Of a stretch of 64,000 nucleotides of DNA, positions 12,222 through 23,955 are shown one piece after another. The stretch lies in contig NC_090370.1 in the NCBI RefSeq assembly GCF_035084215.1, positions 6,200,001 to 6,264,000 on the forward strand, written 5' to 3'. The DNA is from Heptranchias perlo (taxonomy: Eukaryota). The notes under the pieces were generated by a model. That model did no database searches. It was given only the letters and a program-made list of their open reading frames with translations, and was not told where the DNA came from. The position numbers and the translations under genes are program-made. Each line of letters starts with the position of its first letter. The stretch's first letter is position 1.

Positions 12222-12683
12222 CTACACGCAGACGCTGAGTTCCTTTCTGATAGTACATTTTTTGCACTGCACCACACAACACCAATGGAACCGACACTGG
12301 CAGTTCTCCTGGAAGCTCATCGTCTTGTCCCGGTGCCCTCGGTCACAGCAAAGCAGGTCACAGCCGCTGACGTCCATCGCTGTGCCGTTACACACCCTGC
12401 CCCGGGTCCCTGGCGAACCGGTTCGCCTGTTGGGCAGACAGAAATCGGGAGACTCTGCGGAGTAAATCAAGTCCTGTTTATCCGGCTGTTTGATGTTCTG
12501 CCCCACCGGGATCAGCGTTTTCCCATCGTTGCCACCCATCACCTTGAAGGCGCCGTTGAAACGGTCCAAGAGGCGGTCACCGACCTCGCGGAAATGGGGC
12601 ATTTTCTTCCAGCAAGTTTTGACCGCACAGGAGCCGGACAACCCGTGGCATTTACATTCGGTCCTCCTGTAATTGTTAACCGT
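12222..12683 (-). CDS. WNT6: Wnt6 exon 4 (last coding exon, 462 bp including stop)
   Basis: Acceptor taatttcAG|ACG; TVNNYRRTECKCHGLSGSCAVKTCWKKMPHFREVGDRLLDRFNGAFKVMGGNDGKTLIP...CRFHWCCVVQCKKCTIRKELSVCV*, a typical Wnt6 C-terminus. Confidence 0.95.
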   Translation of the reverse strand, partial: TVNNYRRTECKCHGLSGSCAVKTCWKKMPHFREVGDRLLDRFNGAFKVMGGNDGKTLIPVGQNIKQPDKQDLIYSAESPDFCLPNRRTGSPGTRGRVCNGTAMDVSGCDLLCCDRGHRDKTMSFQENCQCRFHWCCVVQCKKCTIRKELSVCV

Positions 12684-12940
12684 CTGAAATTAAATAGGAA
12701 AGCGAAGAAAAAAAACTTTAAAAGGTATCTCTTAATACAGGGTTACTGTCATTAAGATAACAACTGCATTTAACTAATTGACTGGAAGAAATGGAAGATT
12801 AATCCGTGCACGAAATTGATCTTATACATCAGTTACAGACTGGGACATTGTAATTGTTGTCAAGAATGACATTCCATTAAAATAAGGGACGTTTCAAAAA
12901 GTTATCTTAAGAGGAAGGTAATCGTGAAAGAGATAGGAAG

Positions 12941-13404
12941 AAAGAACGTGCATTTATATAGCGCCTTTCACGACCTCAGGATGCCCCAAAACGCTTTACA
13001 GCCAATGAAGTACTTTTGAAGTGTAGTCACTGTTGTAATATAGGAAACGCGGTAGACAATCTGCGCACAGCAAGGTCCCACAAAAAGCAATGTGATAAAT
13101 GACCAGTTAATCTGTTTTTAGTGATGTTGGTTGAGGGATAAATATTGGCCAGGACACCAGGGAGAACTCCCCTGCTCTTCTTCAAACAGTGTAATGGGAT
13201 ATTTTACCTCCACCTGAGAGGGCAGACCAGGCCTCCACTTAACTTCTCATCTGAAAGAAAGCGCTGTCTGACAATGCAGCACTCCCTCAGTACTGCACTG
13301 AAGTGCCAGTCTAGATTGTGTGCTCAAGTCTCTGGAGTGGGGCTTGAACACATAACCTTCTGACGCAGAGTCAAGAATGTTACCCACTGAGCCATAGCTG
13401 ACAC
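12941..13404 (-). mobile_element. Near full-length tRNA-derived Deu-domain SINE (SacSINE1-like)
   Basis: Minus-strand head gtgtcagctatggctcagtggg...gttcaagccc (A/B-box-like), core cagtgcagtactgagggagtgctgc, tail ggcgctatataaatgca. Confidence 0.85.
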
Positions 13405-13849
13405 CTTGCTGAATGTTACTTATGGAGGTGATGGGTGAATAGGACATTGTTAGAGTAGGTAGATTTCTAAGGTTGTGAGGAGAGGCTGAAAGCAATAATA
13501 GGGCAACTGTACATTTTATCAGATCTTTTGCAAAATATTACATAATCATGGGGGGACGTGCTCTGGTTGCTATGTGTTGGCATTATTGCTAGCATAGAGA
13601 AGATTTCCTCTGATCGCTATTGATAGTGAAATTATAAATGCATTCTTTTTGAAGACATATAATGGATGTACAAAATCCTGTCCCTATGCTCTGCTGTCAC
13701 TAACACATAGTGACCAGATCAAATTTGCCCCTTCCCCAGTGGACCCTCTTTGCCATGAGATCCTCTGGATACTATGTGCAACAACATTGTAAATGCATGT
13801 TGGAGATTCCCTCTGGCATTTATTGCAAACTCAAATATGTGTGCTAAAA

Positions 13850-14295
13850 GATATGTTCCTGTACTGTCTAAAAGAACAAGTTCTAAAACACCATGCTTGA
13901 CTGTTCTTAAAGAATGTGTTTATATATGCTATAATATGATTGTGTACTAAAGGAATGACATGTGCTTAAAGAATGATTACATGTTCCAAAAGTGCATTCT
14001 AAAAGAACGTGTTCTAAAATAACATGCTCATGTGCTGTAAAAGAATGTTTACAGTTCTAGAAAATGTGTTCTAAAAGATCATGTTTACATGTTCTAAAAG
14101 ATTGTGTTTGCGTTTTAAGAGAATGTTTACATGTACAAAGTGAATTTGAAGGAATGTGTTCTAAAAGATTGTGTTTATGATTGTGTTTATGTGGTCTAAA
14201 AGAACATGTTTATAAGTCCTAAAAGAATATTTATATGTTCTAAACATGTGTTTGTGTTCTAAAATAATGTGTTCTAAAAATATGTTTCTGATTTC
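13850..14295. repeat. Degenerate AT-rich tandem repeat (core tgttctaaaagaa)
   Basis: Repeated gttctaaaa(g/t)a..atgtgt units of variable length. Confidence 0.7.
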
Positions 14296-15939
14296 ACTAA
14301 AAGTACCAAACAAAGGAAATCTTCACCACCACATTTAGAATGTTGCTACACATTTCGCCCACGGGAATTCTTACCCCCACACGAGCTGACTACCTTAACA
14401 ACCACACACTCACAGTTGACAGCAAAAGATTGCTCTAGATAAACACATATTTTTAGCACAGTGCAGGCAATCGGCTCTTTTTAAAGTCCAACATTGCAAA
14501 TAATCGTATCGAATTACTTTACCTGTATTTAGTAATCTAGAGAATCATAAATTTTCTATGCTGGCTCATTCTGTAGACATGGGCACTGACCTGAGACAAT
14601 GAATTTTCTGTGTCCCAATCTACATGTCAGGTCCATCAGTAACTTCAATCTATCCTTCAATTGTTTCTATTCAGGTCTGTTATGCATTTTGCAATGAGAT
14701 TACCTAGATTTGCTATACATGTAATTGGATTTTGTTTCATTGAAAGTTTACTTGATTAAAATATTTCAGCAGGAATTGAATATGTAAACAGCTTAACTAT
14801 TAAGCATGTTACAGGTAGTCAAGGGATTATTTGTGAACATGTATGCACCAGAATTCTGAAAACTCTACAGCTCTGTAAATATTCTCAAAAATAGAAGTAT
14901 AATTGCATATTGCACATTAAAAGTCCCAAACCTTAAGTCACTTACGAAGTGTGCTTTTTTACTGCAACTTTAGCATTTCACATCAGTAGCTACAGTATAA
15001 ATGCGCCTCAAATCTCTGTTTATCTGTCATGAAGCTGGATTTTTACATGAATTTTAATAAACAAAATGACTACCGGTTATGTGATCATTTGTTATTCTGT
15101 CATCTCCTCTATAAAACTGAAATTAGCAGAACTCTTCCATGGTCAGTAGTTATATTACTAATGGCACCTGAGCCTAGAAATTACTTTTGCTGATATCAGC
15201 AGACCAACACTTAATACATTGGTATGATATCCTCTGCCATTTTATAGCTGTTTATTTTATTCTAAAATCACAGAGGAATGTCATATGAAGGCAGTAAGAA
15301 TAATATCTCTAACACTAATTTCCAGGCTTTATTTAATTTTAGTTCATTTTTGCCTCTTTAGTTTTTAGGTTTAGAGGAATTTGACAATGTGAAGGTGTTT
15401 TCATGCAACCCTAAAATCAAGTTAGAAATAAGATGTAGAAGTTTAAGTATTATGTGTGGTCAACAGCATTGTACTGATGTGAAAATTGGATCTTGAAGGC
15501 TGAAGTAAGAATGTGGAAGTATTTAAGTTATGGTGCCACAGACCTATGTTGAAAAATAGATTGACTAATGAGAAGGTCCCTATGCTAGTAAAAGAGAGAA
15601 GTGATGAGGATTAACTGTGGGGTAGTGTTTCATGTTTATTGCCTGGGCGTTAAGCATTGCCTGGGCAGAGCATAGAAAGGGAAATCTGGTGGGGAGGATC
15701 GCACACTGGTAACAGACCACTTGATTTTCCTTCCATTGAAATTAATTGAGGAGAGAAGCGTAAAAATCTACAATTAGCAGTTTACCAATTGAAAGGCTAA
15801 CAAACAAATATCATTTGAAAACCGTCATATCACAACCTCTGACCTGAAACGAATAATAAACACATTTATTCACTCACATATTTCAATTATAGAACAGTGT
15901 GAATGGGGCTGAACTGATATATCTTTTTGCACCGTGCGT

Positions 15940-16300
15940 AAGCACAGTGTCCTTTCACCTCTGTGACTTGGATTGGAATCCAGCTCAGACAGATGTGGGT
16001 TATCTGGTTTCTGAGAAGGGTCTGAGTAGTACAGATGCTGGGATCATTGTCCTTTCACCTCTGGGACGTGGATTCAAATCTAGCCCAGACAGAGGTGCTA
16101 GAGGTATTGTGCCCGTCTCTCTCTCTCTGGGTCTGGACTGTGTAATTAGAACACCATTCTTGACCTCTGGATTTGAAGCCAACCCAGACAGTTGAGATGA
16201 AAGTTTCCTGTTTCTAATATCTGTAAGTGTCCAAAACGAAATTAGTTCCTGGCAGTTTCAGATCAGTTCCCTATAAATCAGATTGCCCCGAACGTCATCA
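15940..16300 (+). mobile_element. LF-SINE-like element with three tandem head segments
   Basis: cctttcacctctgtgacttggattggaatccagctcagac, cctttcacctctgggacgtggattcaaatctagcccagac and acctctggatttgaagccaacccagac, then body gaaattagtt...cagttccc. Confidence 0.55.
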
Positions 16301-18129
16301 CATTATAGAATGATTTATTATTTTAACTTTTTGTTGGGTTCTACCACAAATACACAGTATACAATGATGATTTCGCAAAGTGGTGTTTCTAGAGTGGTAA
16401 GGTAAACGACCTTGCATGAGAAACAGTTTGAATTAACACTGATCTTTCACATCATTTCTAGAACAATGTTTAAATGAGCATTTAATAAAAGTGCAAGATT
16501 GAGTTTAAAGCAATATTACATTGCAGCCCGACTGAAAATGAATGGATACACCAGTTACTGAAAACTGACCATAAGCAGGTATTAAAATGAGTGTACGGTC
16601 ATTGTCCCTGCTAAACGTTGAAAGATTGTATGTTTGTTATTTACTCGGGTATTAGTGTTGGGAAATGTACTGACTAAATAACCAGATATTGTCCAATGAA
16701 CTGGCCTGATCGTCTCGATGATGGAGGAAGAATGAACAATATGCGTAATCAACATCTAATAAACGTTTCTATATATTTTATCCAGCGATAACTCTTCGTT
16801 CATTACCAATACACCCCTGTATTGAAAAGAAGTCCTGCAATTTTCTGGAGATGGAACACAGACGACAATCAGCAAAGGGGTATGTAGTTCGGGAGATGAT
16901 CATTGGACCATGCACGCGTTGAGAGTGGATACTGAGTTTCCCCATTATTGGCTGCCATGCCCTGTGTGTTATAACTAAGCAGACATGGCAAGTCTCTAGT
17001 TTTTGTCCATCTTTTGTTGGACAAATGTAATATTACTCGTCTCCATGTTAAAATTATTATATCTACACATATTCAAAGGGTTACCATTTGGTTTTCTGGT
17101 TTTAAAAACTCTTCCTCTTTAGAACATGCTGAGATTGCTAAGTATTCGTACATCACAATTTACTCTACATTTATTTAACTTTTTCATTTCCTATCGGGCT
17201 TCACATCATACTTTGAACAGAATTATCTTCATACCTTACGTTTGGGCTCAACACAGAAAAGCATGTGGATCTATACAAGCAATATTTTTGAAGAAAAAAG
17301 ATTCATGTTTTAAAAGAAATCAAAATTAGCCAGGAAACTTGGAGCGACACAATTACAACACTGCGTTTCCACCAGTGGGACCCCTTGTTCCAGTGCAAAG
17401 CAGGTGATGGGATTAAACGCCTCCTCTGTGTGGTAGCTACTTTGAGTTCTAAGTGGAATTGGTCAATAACTGGCATTAAGTTAACAACCTCGACCAGAAA
17501 GGATATAACGATGGCTTCTGTAAGAAATGGCAATGTTGCCCATGCGCAGTCCCGACCTAGTCCTGAGTGGGGGGGGGGTGGTGATATTGATGAATGGTGC
17601 AAAAAGGAGGTGGGAGAGAAGAGATGCGTAATCCGCAACAATGATATCCTTCAGTTTGACAAGTACATTTATCAAAGGATATTCTTTTCATATAGGAAAC
17701 TAACAACTGTTATCTGGTTATCTCTCATCTAAATTGGTTTTGTACCATAACAATCCACTGGAACTGGACTCTCCCAATGCTTTATCTCTGGGCTATTACT
17801 TAATGCATCACAACAAATTACTTCAATGCCATTAATTCACTCTTACTGTCCTGTTTAGTATAATTATCCCGCACCATGCGAGTTCCAATTTGTGTTTTAG
17901 ACCGATAGTACTAATTAATTCTTGCAGAGTTCAAATTGTGCACTCGATATTTATCATGCAATCACCAAACGCAGCTTATATGAATTTCCAACGCTGCCTA
18001 GTAATATAAAATTATATATAAATGCAGCTCACAGTATTTTTAATAAGATACTTATTTTTAAAGTAAATATGTTTCTCACAAGCCTTTGGGATTAAACAAG
18101 TCACTTTGTCAGATGAGAAATTATTTTGT

Positions 18130-18545
18130 GAAGAGAGACGAGATATTGGGACTGTTTCCGCTGGAGCAGAGGGGTTTTAATAGAAGTTTTTAAAATGAGG
18201 CGGGTTTTTGATAGAGTGAATAAAGAAAGACAATTTCGTCTGGTTGGGGAGTCAGTGACTAATTAATTTAGGGTCATTAACTAAGGGAGTGAGGAGAAAG
18301 GTTAGGAGATATTTCTTTGCACGGAGTGAGAGCATTAAATGCTTTGCCATAGAGACTAGTCGAGGCACAGATCATTACACCTTTTAGGGGAAAATTAGAT
18401 CAATATTTGAAGCAAAGAAAGGTACGGAGCTATGGGAGAGCTCAGGGCGGTGAGATTTGTTTTGGATTGTTCTAGCAAAGAGCCGGTATAGATACGATGG
18501 GCAGAACGGTCTCCTTGTGTGCTGTAAAGTTCTACGGTTCTATGA
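18130..18545 (+). mobile_element. CR1-type LINE 3' fragment
   Basis: Decayed ORF2 C-terminus (ctggagcagagg...tttgatagagtgaataaag) ending in gtgctgtaaagttctacggttctatg, a CR1-style tail. Confidence 0.7.
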
Positions 18546-19158
18546 GAAACAAACAACAAGATACAGTGCAGTCCTAAAAATAATGCCCTTCTCATTTCCC
18601 CTTGCGGCAAAGGGAGCTATCGAGAACCTAAAGGTTTGGGAGGAGATCTGACATTTATTAGTCAGATAAAGGATACAGATAAAGTATCACCGTCACTACA
18701 ACAAACATCAGTATGTAACCACCGAGTAAATGTCACAAACTAAACCTGGATATGAAAATGGTGCAAATGTCCCCAAATGTTTAACTAAATTAATAAAAAT
18801 CTAAAATTCTTACGGCAATAAGAATTCTACACTGGAGGTGCTACCGTTGGATAATGACACCAGCCGACAAAGTTCATTGACCCCGGACAATAACTTATGA
18901 ACCGCACTGACTGGGTGTGATGAGACTGTACCGAACGATGGGAGATGATTTCCTTTGGGCGCTCGGTACTTCGCCAGACCAAGGGAATCTTCCTCCAATT
19001 TAACAATTTTTCATCTACTAAGCGAGATTTCTCCTTCGGGTTTGCGATTTCGTTACATATTGCACATGGAGGAAATCTTCCCCCGCGTGTTTTCGTTAAA
19101 TAACTTCCACACGCATATGCATAGGATTCTGTGGTATGAATATTACCCCTGAACCTAC

Positions 19159-19460
19159 CAGCCGCCCTGCCTCGTTATTGTGCAGGTCGATCAGGGATTT
19201 GATATCACTTTGTCCCTTCTTCCTTTCGGCGTCCATGAACTGTTTGGACTTGTCGTAGCCGAATTCCACGTCGTCTCCACATCCTCCCCATTCCCAGGCG
19301 GTTGCATCCGTCCCAGAGCCGGGAGATGGAGGGACCGCCGCCCTGCTCAGGGTGTTCTCACAGCCGCACTGCAGCAGCTTGCCCATGCTGCAGGCCTGGG
19401 TCACAGCGTACGCCACTCCTGCGGAGGTGATGGCGTAAACGAAGGCAGTCTCCCTAATAT
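19159..19460 (-). CDS. WNT6: Wnt6 exon 3 (302 bp)
   Basis: Acceptor tttcttgtttgtAG|AT; (D)IRETAFVYAITSAGVAYAVTQACSMGKLLQCGC...WEWGGCGDDVEFGYDKSKQFMDA...[10 protein letters not shown]; donor CTG|GTAGGT. Confidence 0.95.
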
Positions 19461-19600
19461 CTACAAACAAGAAAGGAGATAACATATGACACAGTGTTTG
19501 GCAATCGGACACTTCAATAACAAATGCGAAACATTGTATGTGAATGCATGCTAACACATTATATAATGTATGGATTATATCGGAATGTGTGTGTGGGTAT

Positions 19601-19846
19601 GCATAGAATTTACAGCATAGAAACAGGCCAATCGGCCCAACAGCTCTATGCCAGCGTTTGTGCTCCACGCGAGCCTCCCCCACCCCTCTTCATCTAACCC
19701 TATCAGCACGTCCTTATACCTTTCTCCCTCATGTATTTATCAAGCTTCCCCATAAATGCATTTATGTTATTCGCCTCAACTACTCCTTGTGGTAGCGAGT
19801 TCCACATTCTCATCACTCTCTGGGTAAAGAAGTTTCTCCTGAATGC
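19601..19846 (-). mobile_element. CR1/HER1-type LINE 3' end
   Basis: catagaatttacagcatagaaacaggccaatcggccc...ttccacattctcatcactctctgggtaaagaagtttctcctgaat, typical of a CR1 3' terminus. Confidence 0.75.
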
Positions 19847-20744
19847 CCTATGCAGGTATAAATGTGTTTATGTAAATGCATATAGGTCTATGTATATACA
19901 TCGACTGTCTATCTGCATGCAGCTTATATGTATAGACCAAGGCTAGGGCTCCAGATTTTGCCGACTTCCGCTGTGTTTTTGCTGTGCTCGCAATCCCACC
20001 AAAATACTTCCACTTTTCTATTGATAGGTTGACTCAAACCATTCGCTGTTCAGATTCACTTTTCTGCAAAGTATCTGTTCCCTTGTAGTGTAGGAATGGA
20101 TGTGTGTCGTTAAAAAAAAATCAGGTCTGGAATTGGTAAATGTTTTCTGAGCAATTTATTAAGCGTAAAGAAAGTGTAAATAGCGGAGCACGGCCATTAA
20201 GAAAAGTGAAATGCCGAGAGCTTCTTACCATTACTAAATGCGCATGAGTTCACACAGAAAGTATCTCGACCTAAAAAAACAGTGAAACGGGATGGTGTGA
20301 TGGGGACTGGGGATACACGGGGATAGAATATTGGAGGCATGTGGAATACTGGAGTCGAAAATCACAGTACAAGTAACTGAATAGCCCACGAAGCTATTTA
20401 TGGGCGCACAGCAGACTGGGGGAAAGATGCGACAAAAATCTAACAATATTTAACAGTATTGTGTAATTGTTGATTCGCGAAAAAATAGTCGTGTCACATT
20501 TCTTATAACAGCTGCAACATTACATATCCCTTCTATTGAGGTTCTACACTCTAGGAAATGATATTTTATTCAGTCTCCTAAACGGTCGGTGCTTATCGAA
20601 AGCTAAGAATATGATACATTGAGAATAAATATAAAAAAAGAATCCAATGTGTTATCTTCACTTCCCCTGTGTGTATCTTCTGTCCACATCCCCATCTCTT
20701 TCAGCTTTTGTCTCTTCCTCTCGCTCATGCAGTTGTTTCTCACC

Positions 20745-21220
20745 TCTGTCTGTCTGTCTACCTGCCTGTCTGCCGATCGGTCTGGGTTGTTTTCTGTTTA
20801 TTTCTGTCTGTCTGTGTTGCTTTCTGTTTATTTCGGTTGTCTGTCTGTCTGGGTTATATTCTGTTTATTTCTGTCTGTCTGTGTTGCTTTCTGTTTATTT
20901 CGGTTGTCTGTCTGTCTGGGTTGTTTTCTGTTTATTTCTGTCTGTCTGTGTTGCTTTCTATTTATTTCGGTTGTCTGTCTGTCTGGGTTGTTTTCTGTTT
21001 ATTTCTGTCTGTCTGTGTTGCTTTCTGTTTATTTCTGTGTCTGTCTGTCTGGGTTGTTTTCTGTTTATTTCTGTCTGTCTGTGTTGCTTTCTGTTTATTT
21101 CTGTGTCTGTCTGTCTGGGTTGCTTTCTGTTTATTTCTGTCTGTCTGGGTTGCTTTCTGTTTATTTCGGTTGTCTGTCTGTCTGTCTGGGTTGTTTTCTG
21201 TTTATTTCTCTCTCTCTCTG
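20745..21220. repeat. Tandem repeat in Wnt6 intron 2, alternating 30-bp and 36/37-bp units
   Basis: Units such as tctgggttgttttctgtttatttctgtctg and tctgtgttgctttctgtttatttcggttgtctgtctg. Confidence 0.9.
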
Positions 21221-21545
21221 GCCCCGACGGTTTGGCTCTCTGTCGATTTGCCTCGGATTTTCTCTCTGTGATTTTGTCTGTCTGCCCGTTTGTCTCTAGT
21301 AACACTCACATACAAGGTGACCTGCAACAGAATTCAACTCCTTCCTTCAGGTCAGAAATTCCGATCGCTTTTCTCCTGCGGCCCAGAGACAAACTGCCAG
21401 AATTCCCCCCCTGGCTACGCACATCTAAGTTTTAAATACTCCAAAATCGTCTTCAAATACCTGGTTTGAATAACACTAGACTAAGAGAGTGAAACCCCCC
21501 ACCCCATGAGGATCAGAGCAGACAGGCCATATCCAGAGTCTCTAC

Positions 21546-21766
21546 CTTGTTGGAGGATTTTGCCAAAGTATTTATTGTGGATGGTGCAGTTCCATCTGCG
21601 GAATCGGAACTGGTACTGACACTCCCGGATCCCGAGCCGGGCTCCCTTCGCCACCTCGCTCACGATCTCCGGTTCGGTTTGACACAGCTCGGCCTGTTTC
21701 CCAGCCAGACGCTTTGTTTTCCTACAGATACTATTGGGATCCATTACCAGCGGGCTCCCCACAGCC
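21546..21766 (-). CDS. WNT6: Wnt6 exon 2 (221 bp)
   Basis: Acceptor gtgctgtAG|G; AVGSPLVMDPNSICRKTKRLAGKQAELCQTEPEIVSEVAKGARLGIRECQYQFRFRRWNCTIHNKYFGKILQQ, the hallmark Wnt6 N-terminus; donor CAAG|GTAGAG. Confidence 0.96.
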
Positions 21767-22490
21767 CTACAGCACGAAATAAAACACAGCAATAAAATGT
21801 TACTTCAGAACATGGTGTTTCTTCGATACACGAAATCACCCCCTCCAACAGCAAAAAAACAACACGCCAGGTTCTCTCGGCTTTATGAGACGTCTCCCAG
21901 TGTCCTCCTCGCAGACCAGCAGCTCAACATAACCAGAAACACACACATTTAAACAGATTTCCACCTTGGGCTCGTGTTACCGCTGCACAGCCGCGGTTCA
22001 CAAGAACTGCATCGGGAAACTGAAAGGCGATTGGATCCAGAACTATTAGGCAAATTGTACTGAAATGATATTAAAGTCTTATTTGAAACGCGGGGTTCGC
22101 ACAGACGCGACGCAGCGGCGAATGAATAAACGGGCAAGAGGTTATAAATCCGATTAAAGAAGGAATTGCGATGTTAGCGGATCATTTGTGCGCAGTGGGT
22201 TTGAGTAAGCCTCGCCTGAGTCAGTTAAAGGTAGCACTTTCTCTCTCTCTCTCTCTGGGATATCTCAGCTACAGGTGCTGAGATCAAGGAAAGGTTGTCA
22301 GTACAATGATCTCTCTCTCTTTCTCAGGCACTGTCTCATTCTCTCTCTCTCTGATGTTTCTCCAACTCAGACGTCTCACTCTCTCTCAAAAAACTCCTCC
22401 CGCGTTCTCTTTTACAAATCCCCGTGGTCAGATCGCTTTTTCTAACGTGGAGACAACACAAATATCACAGGGAGCTAGTCCGGGACTTAC

Positions 22491-22567
22491 CACCACAGGC
22501 TGATGATGTTTGCCGGACATAAAAGAAAGAAGAAAAGTCCGAGCTGAGCTCCGGCGAAAAGCACCAT
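22491..22567 (-). CDS. WNT6: Wnt6 exon 1 (signal peptide, 77 bp coding)
   Basis: gagATGG start; MVLFAGAQLGLFFFLLCPANIISLW plus TG|GTAAGT; joins exon 2 to give the canonical LWWAVGSP. Not in the ORF track. Confidence 0.92.
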
Positions 22568-23584
22568 CTCCACGCTCTCCCAGCTCACAGTGCAGTGGGA
22601 ATCCAGAAATCAGACCCACTCCAACTCACTCCCTCCCTCTCTCTCTCTCTCTATTTCCCAACTCACGGCCTCTTTCTCTCTCACAGCCCTCTCCCGTTCC
22701 GCTCAGTTCACCCGTGGACTCCCATCTCCGGCAAAGCTTGGGGAGGTGGGTTTTATTCTCTCTCTCGTTCTGTGTCCAGGAGAAATGGGGGGTCACACAG
22801 CCTCTCCGAGAACGTTCAGCCTCAGCCTCTCTCGGCTCTTAAACAGAAATGGACGGGTTTAATTGGGGAAGCATCTCCAGTTGGTCACTTGAACTGAGTG
22901 AAGTGAGAATGAAATAGAGACAATGAAGATTAGAGGCAATAAAATCAAGGCTCGGATCCCATCTCCGTAGAGCTGGAAGTGGGGCATTTACTGGCAAATA
23001 CTGGCTCTGCGGGGAGTCTGGCCTGGAACAAGGGGCTCGGTGCCAGGGAACGGCAATCAGGAGTGGGAAAGGGCATTCGGAGCTGGGAATAAGTGGAGGA
23101 GGGTCAGAGTTATGAAATGGGCATTGGAAATAAAATAACGAGATCAGATTTAGTGAGGTGTGGGGGGTGGGTTGGGTGGGAGGAGGGTCGGAGCCGGATC
23201 GCAGAATAACTCCAGGTAGGAAAAGGCAAACAGATAATCCAGGACTGGACTGAGGTTTGAGCCGAGTCTGATCTACATCTCCCCAGATCAGCATTCGGAG
23301 TTAAGCAGAAACGTTTAGATTGAGATTAAGTGAATTCGCACATGATGTGAAGGTAACCGGGGTTGAAAATAGGGATCAGCGGCAAATCTCCCCCCCCCCC
23401 ACCATGTTATATTAATGGCATCTAAAATCATGACAGAGGAAGACAGACGTTTAGACAAATAGACCAGACAAAGATAGATTGATATATATAGACACAGACC
23501 GACGGACCAGACCGACAAACAGACATAGATACAAGGCACAGACTAACAGATACATATATAAATACATGTGCAGACATAAAAGCA

Positions 23585-23955
23585 CTTAAATATATATATT
23601 TGATATACATACATAACTTGTATATACTAATGTATATATTTAATATACATATACTTGTATATGCTGATGCGTATATTTGATATACATACACTTGTATATA
23701 CGAATGTATATATTTGATATACATACATAACTTGTATATACTAACGTATATATTTGATATGCACACAATTTGTATATACCAATATATATATTTGATACAT
23801 ATACACTTGTATATGCTAATGTGTATATTTGATATACATACACTTGTATATACTCAAGTATATATTTGATATACATACATAACTCGTATATACTAACGTA
23901 TATATTTTTATACATACATAACTTGTATATACTCATGTATATATTTGATATGTGC
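23585..23955. repeat. AT-rich ~38-40 bp tandem repeat upstream of Wnt6
   Basis: About 9 copies of tatatatttgatatacata(ca)(t/c)acttgtatatactaa(t/c)g. Confidence 0.85.

Larger units (their letters stand above)
12222..22567 (-). other. WNT6: Wnt6-type gene model: join(22567-22491, 21766-21546, 19460-19159, 12683-12222), 1062 nt, 353 aa
   Basis: All introns GT-AG, phases 2/1/0, continuous open frame, signal peptide, intact CKCHGLSGSC lipidation motif and C-terminal Cys pattern. Confidence 0.93.

Noticed and set aside
12207-12755. Plus-strand 182-aa ORF, and likewise 19180-19482 and 21547-21795
   Set aside because: Antisense shadows of GC-rich Wnt6 exons.
13320-13404. tRNA gene-like sequence (also at the other SINE heads)
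   Set aside because: tRNA-derived SINE heads attached to SINE bodies; no complete cloverleaf.
20619-21435. Three overlapping 200-262 aa Cys/Leu/Phe-rich ORFs
   Set aside because: All three frames are open because of the tandem repeat; located in Wnt6 intron 2 with no protein-like features.
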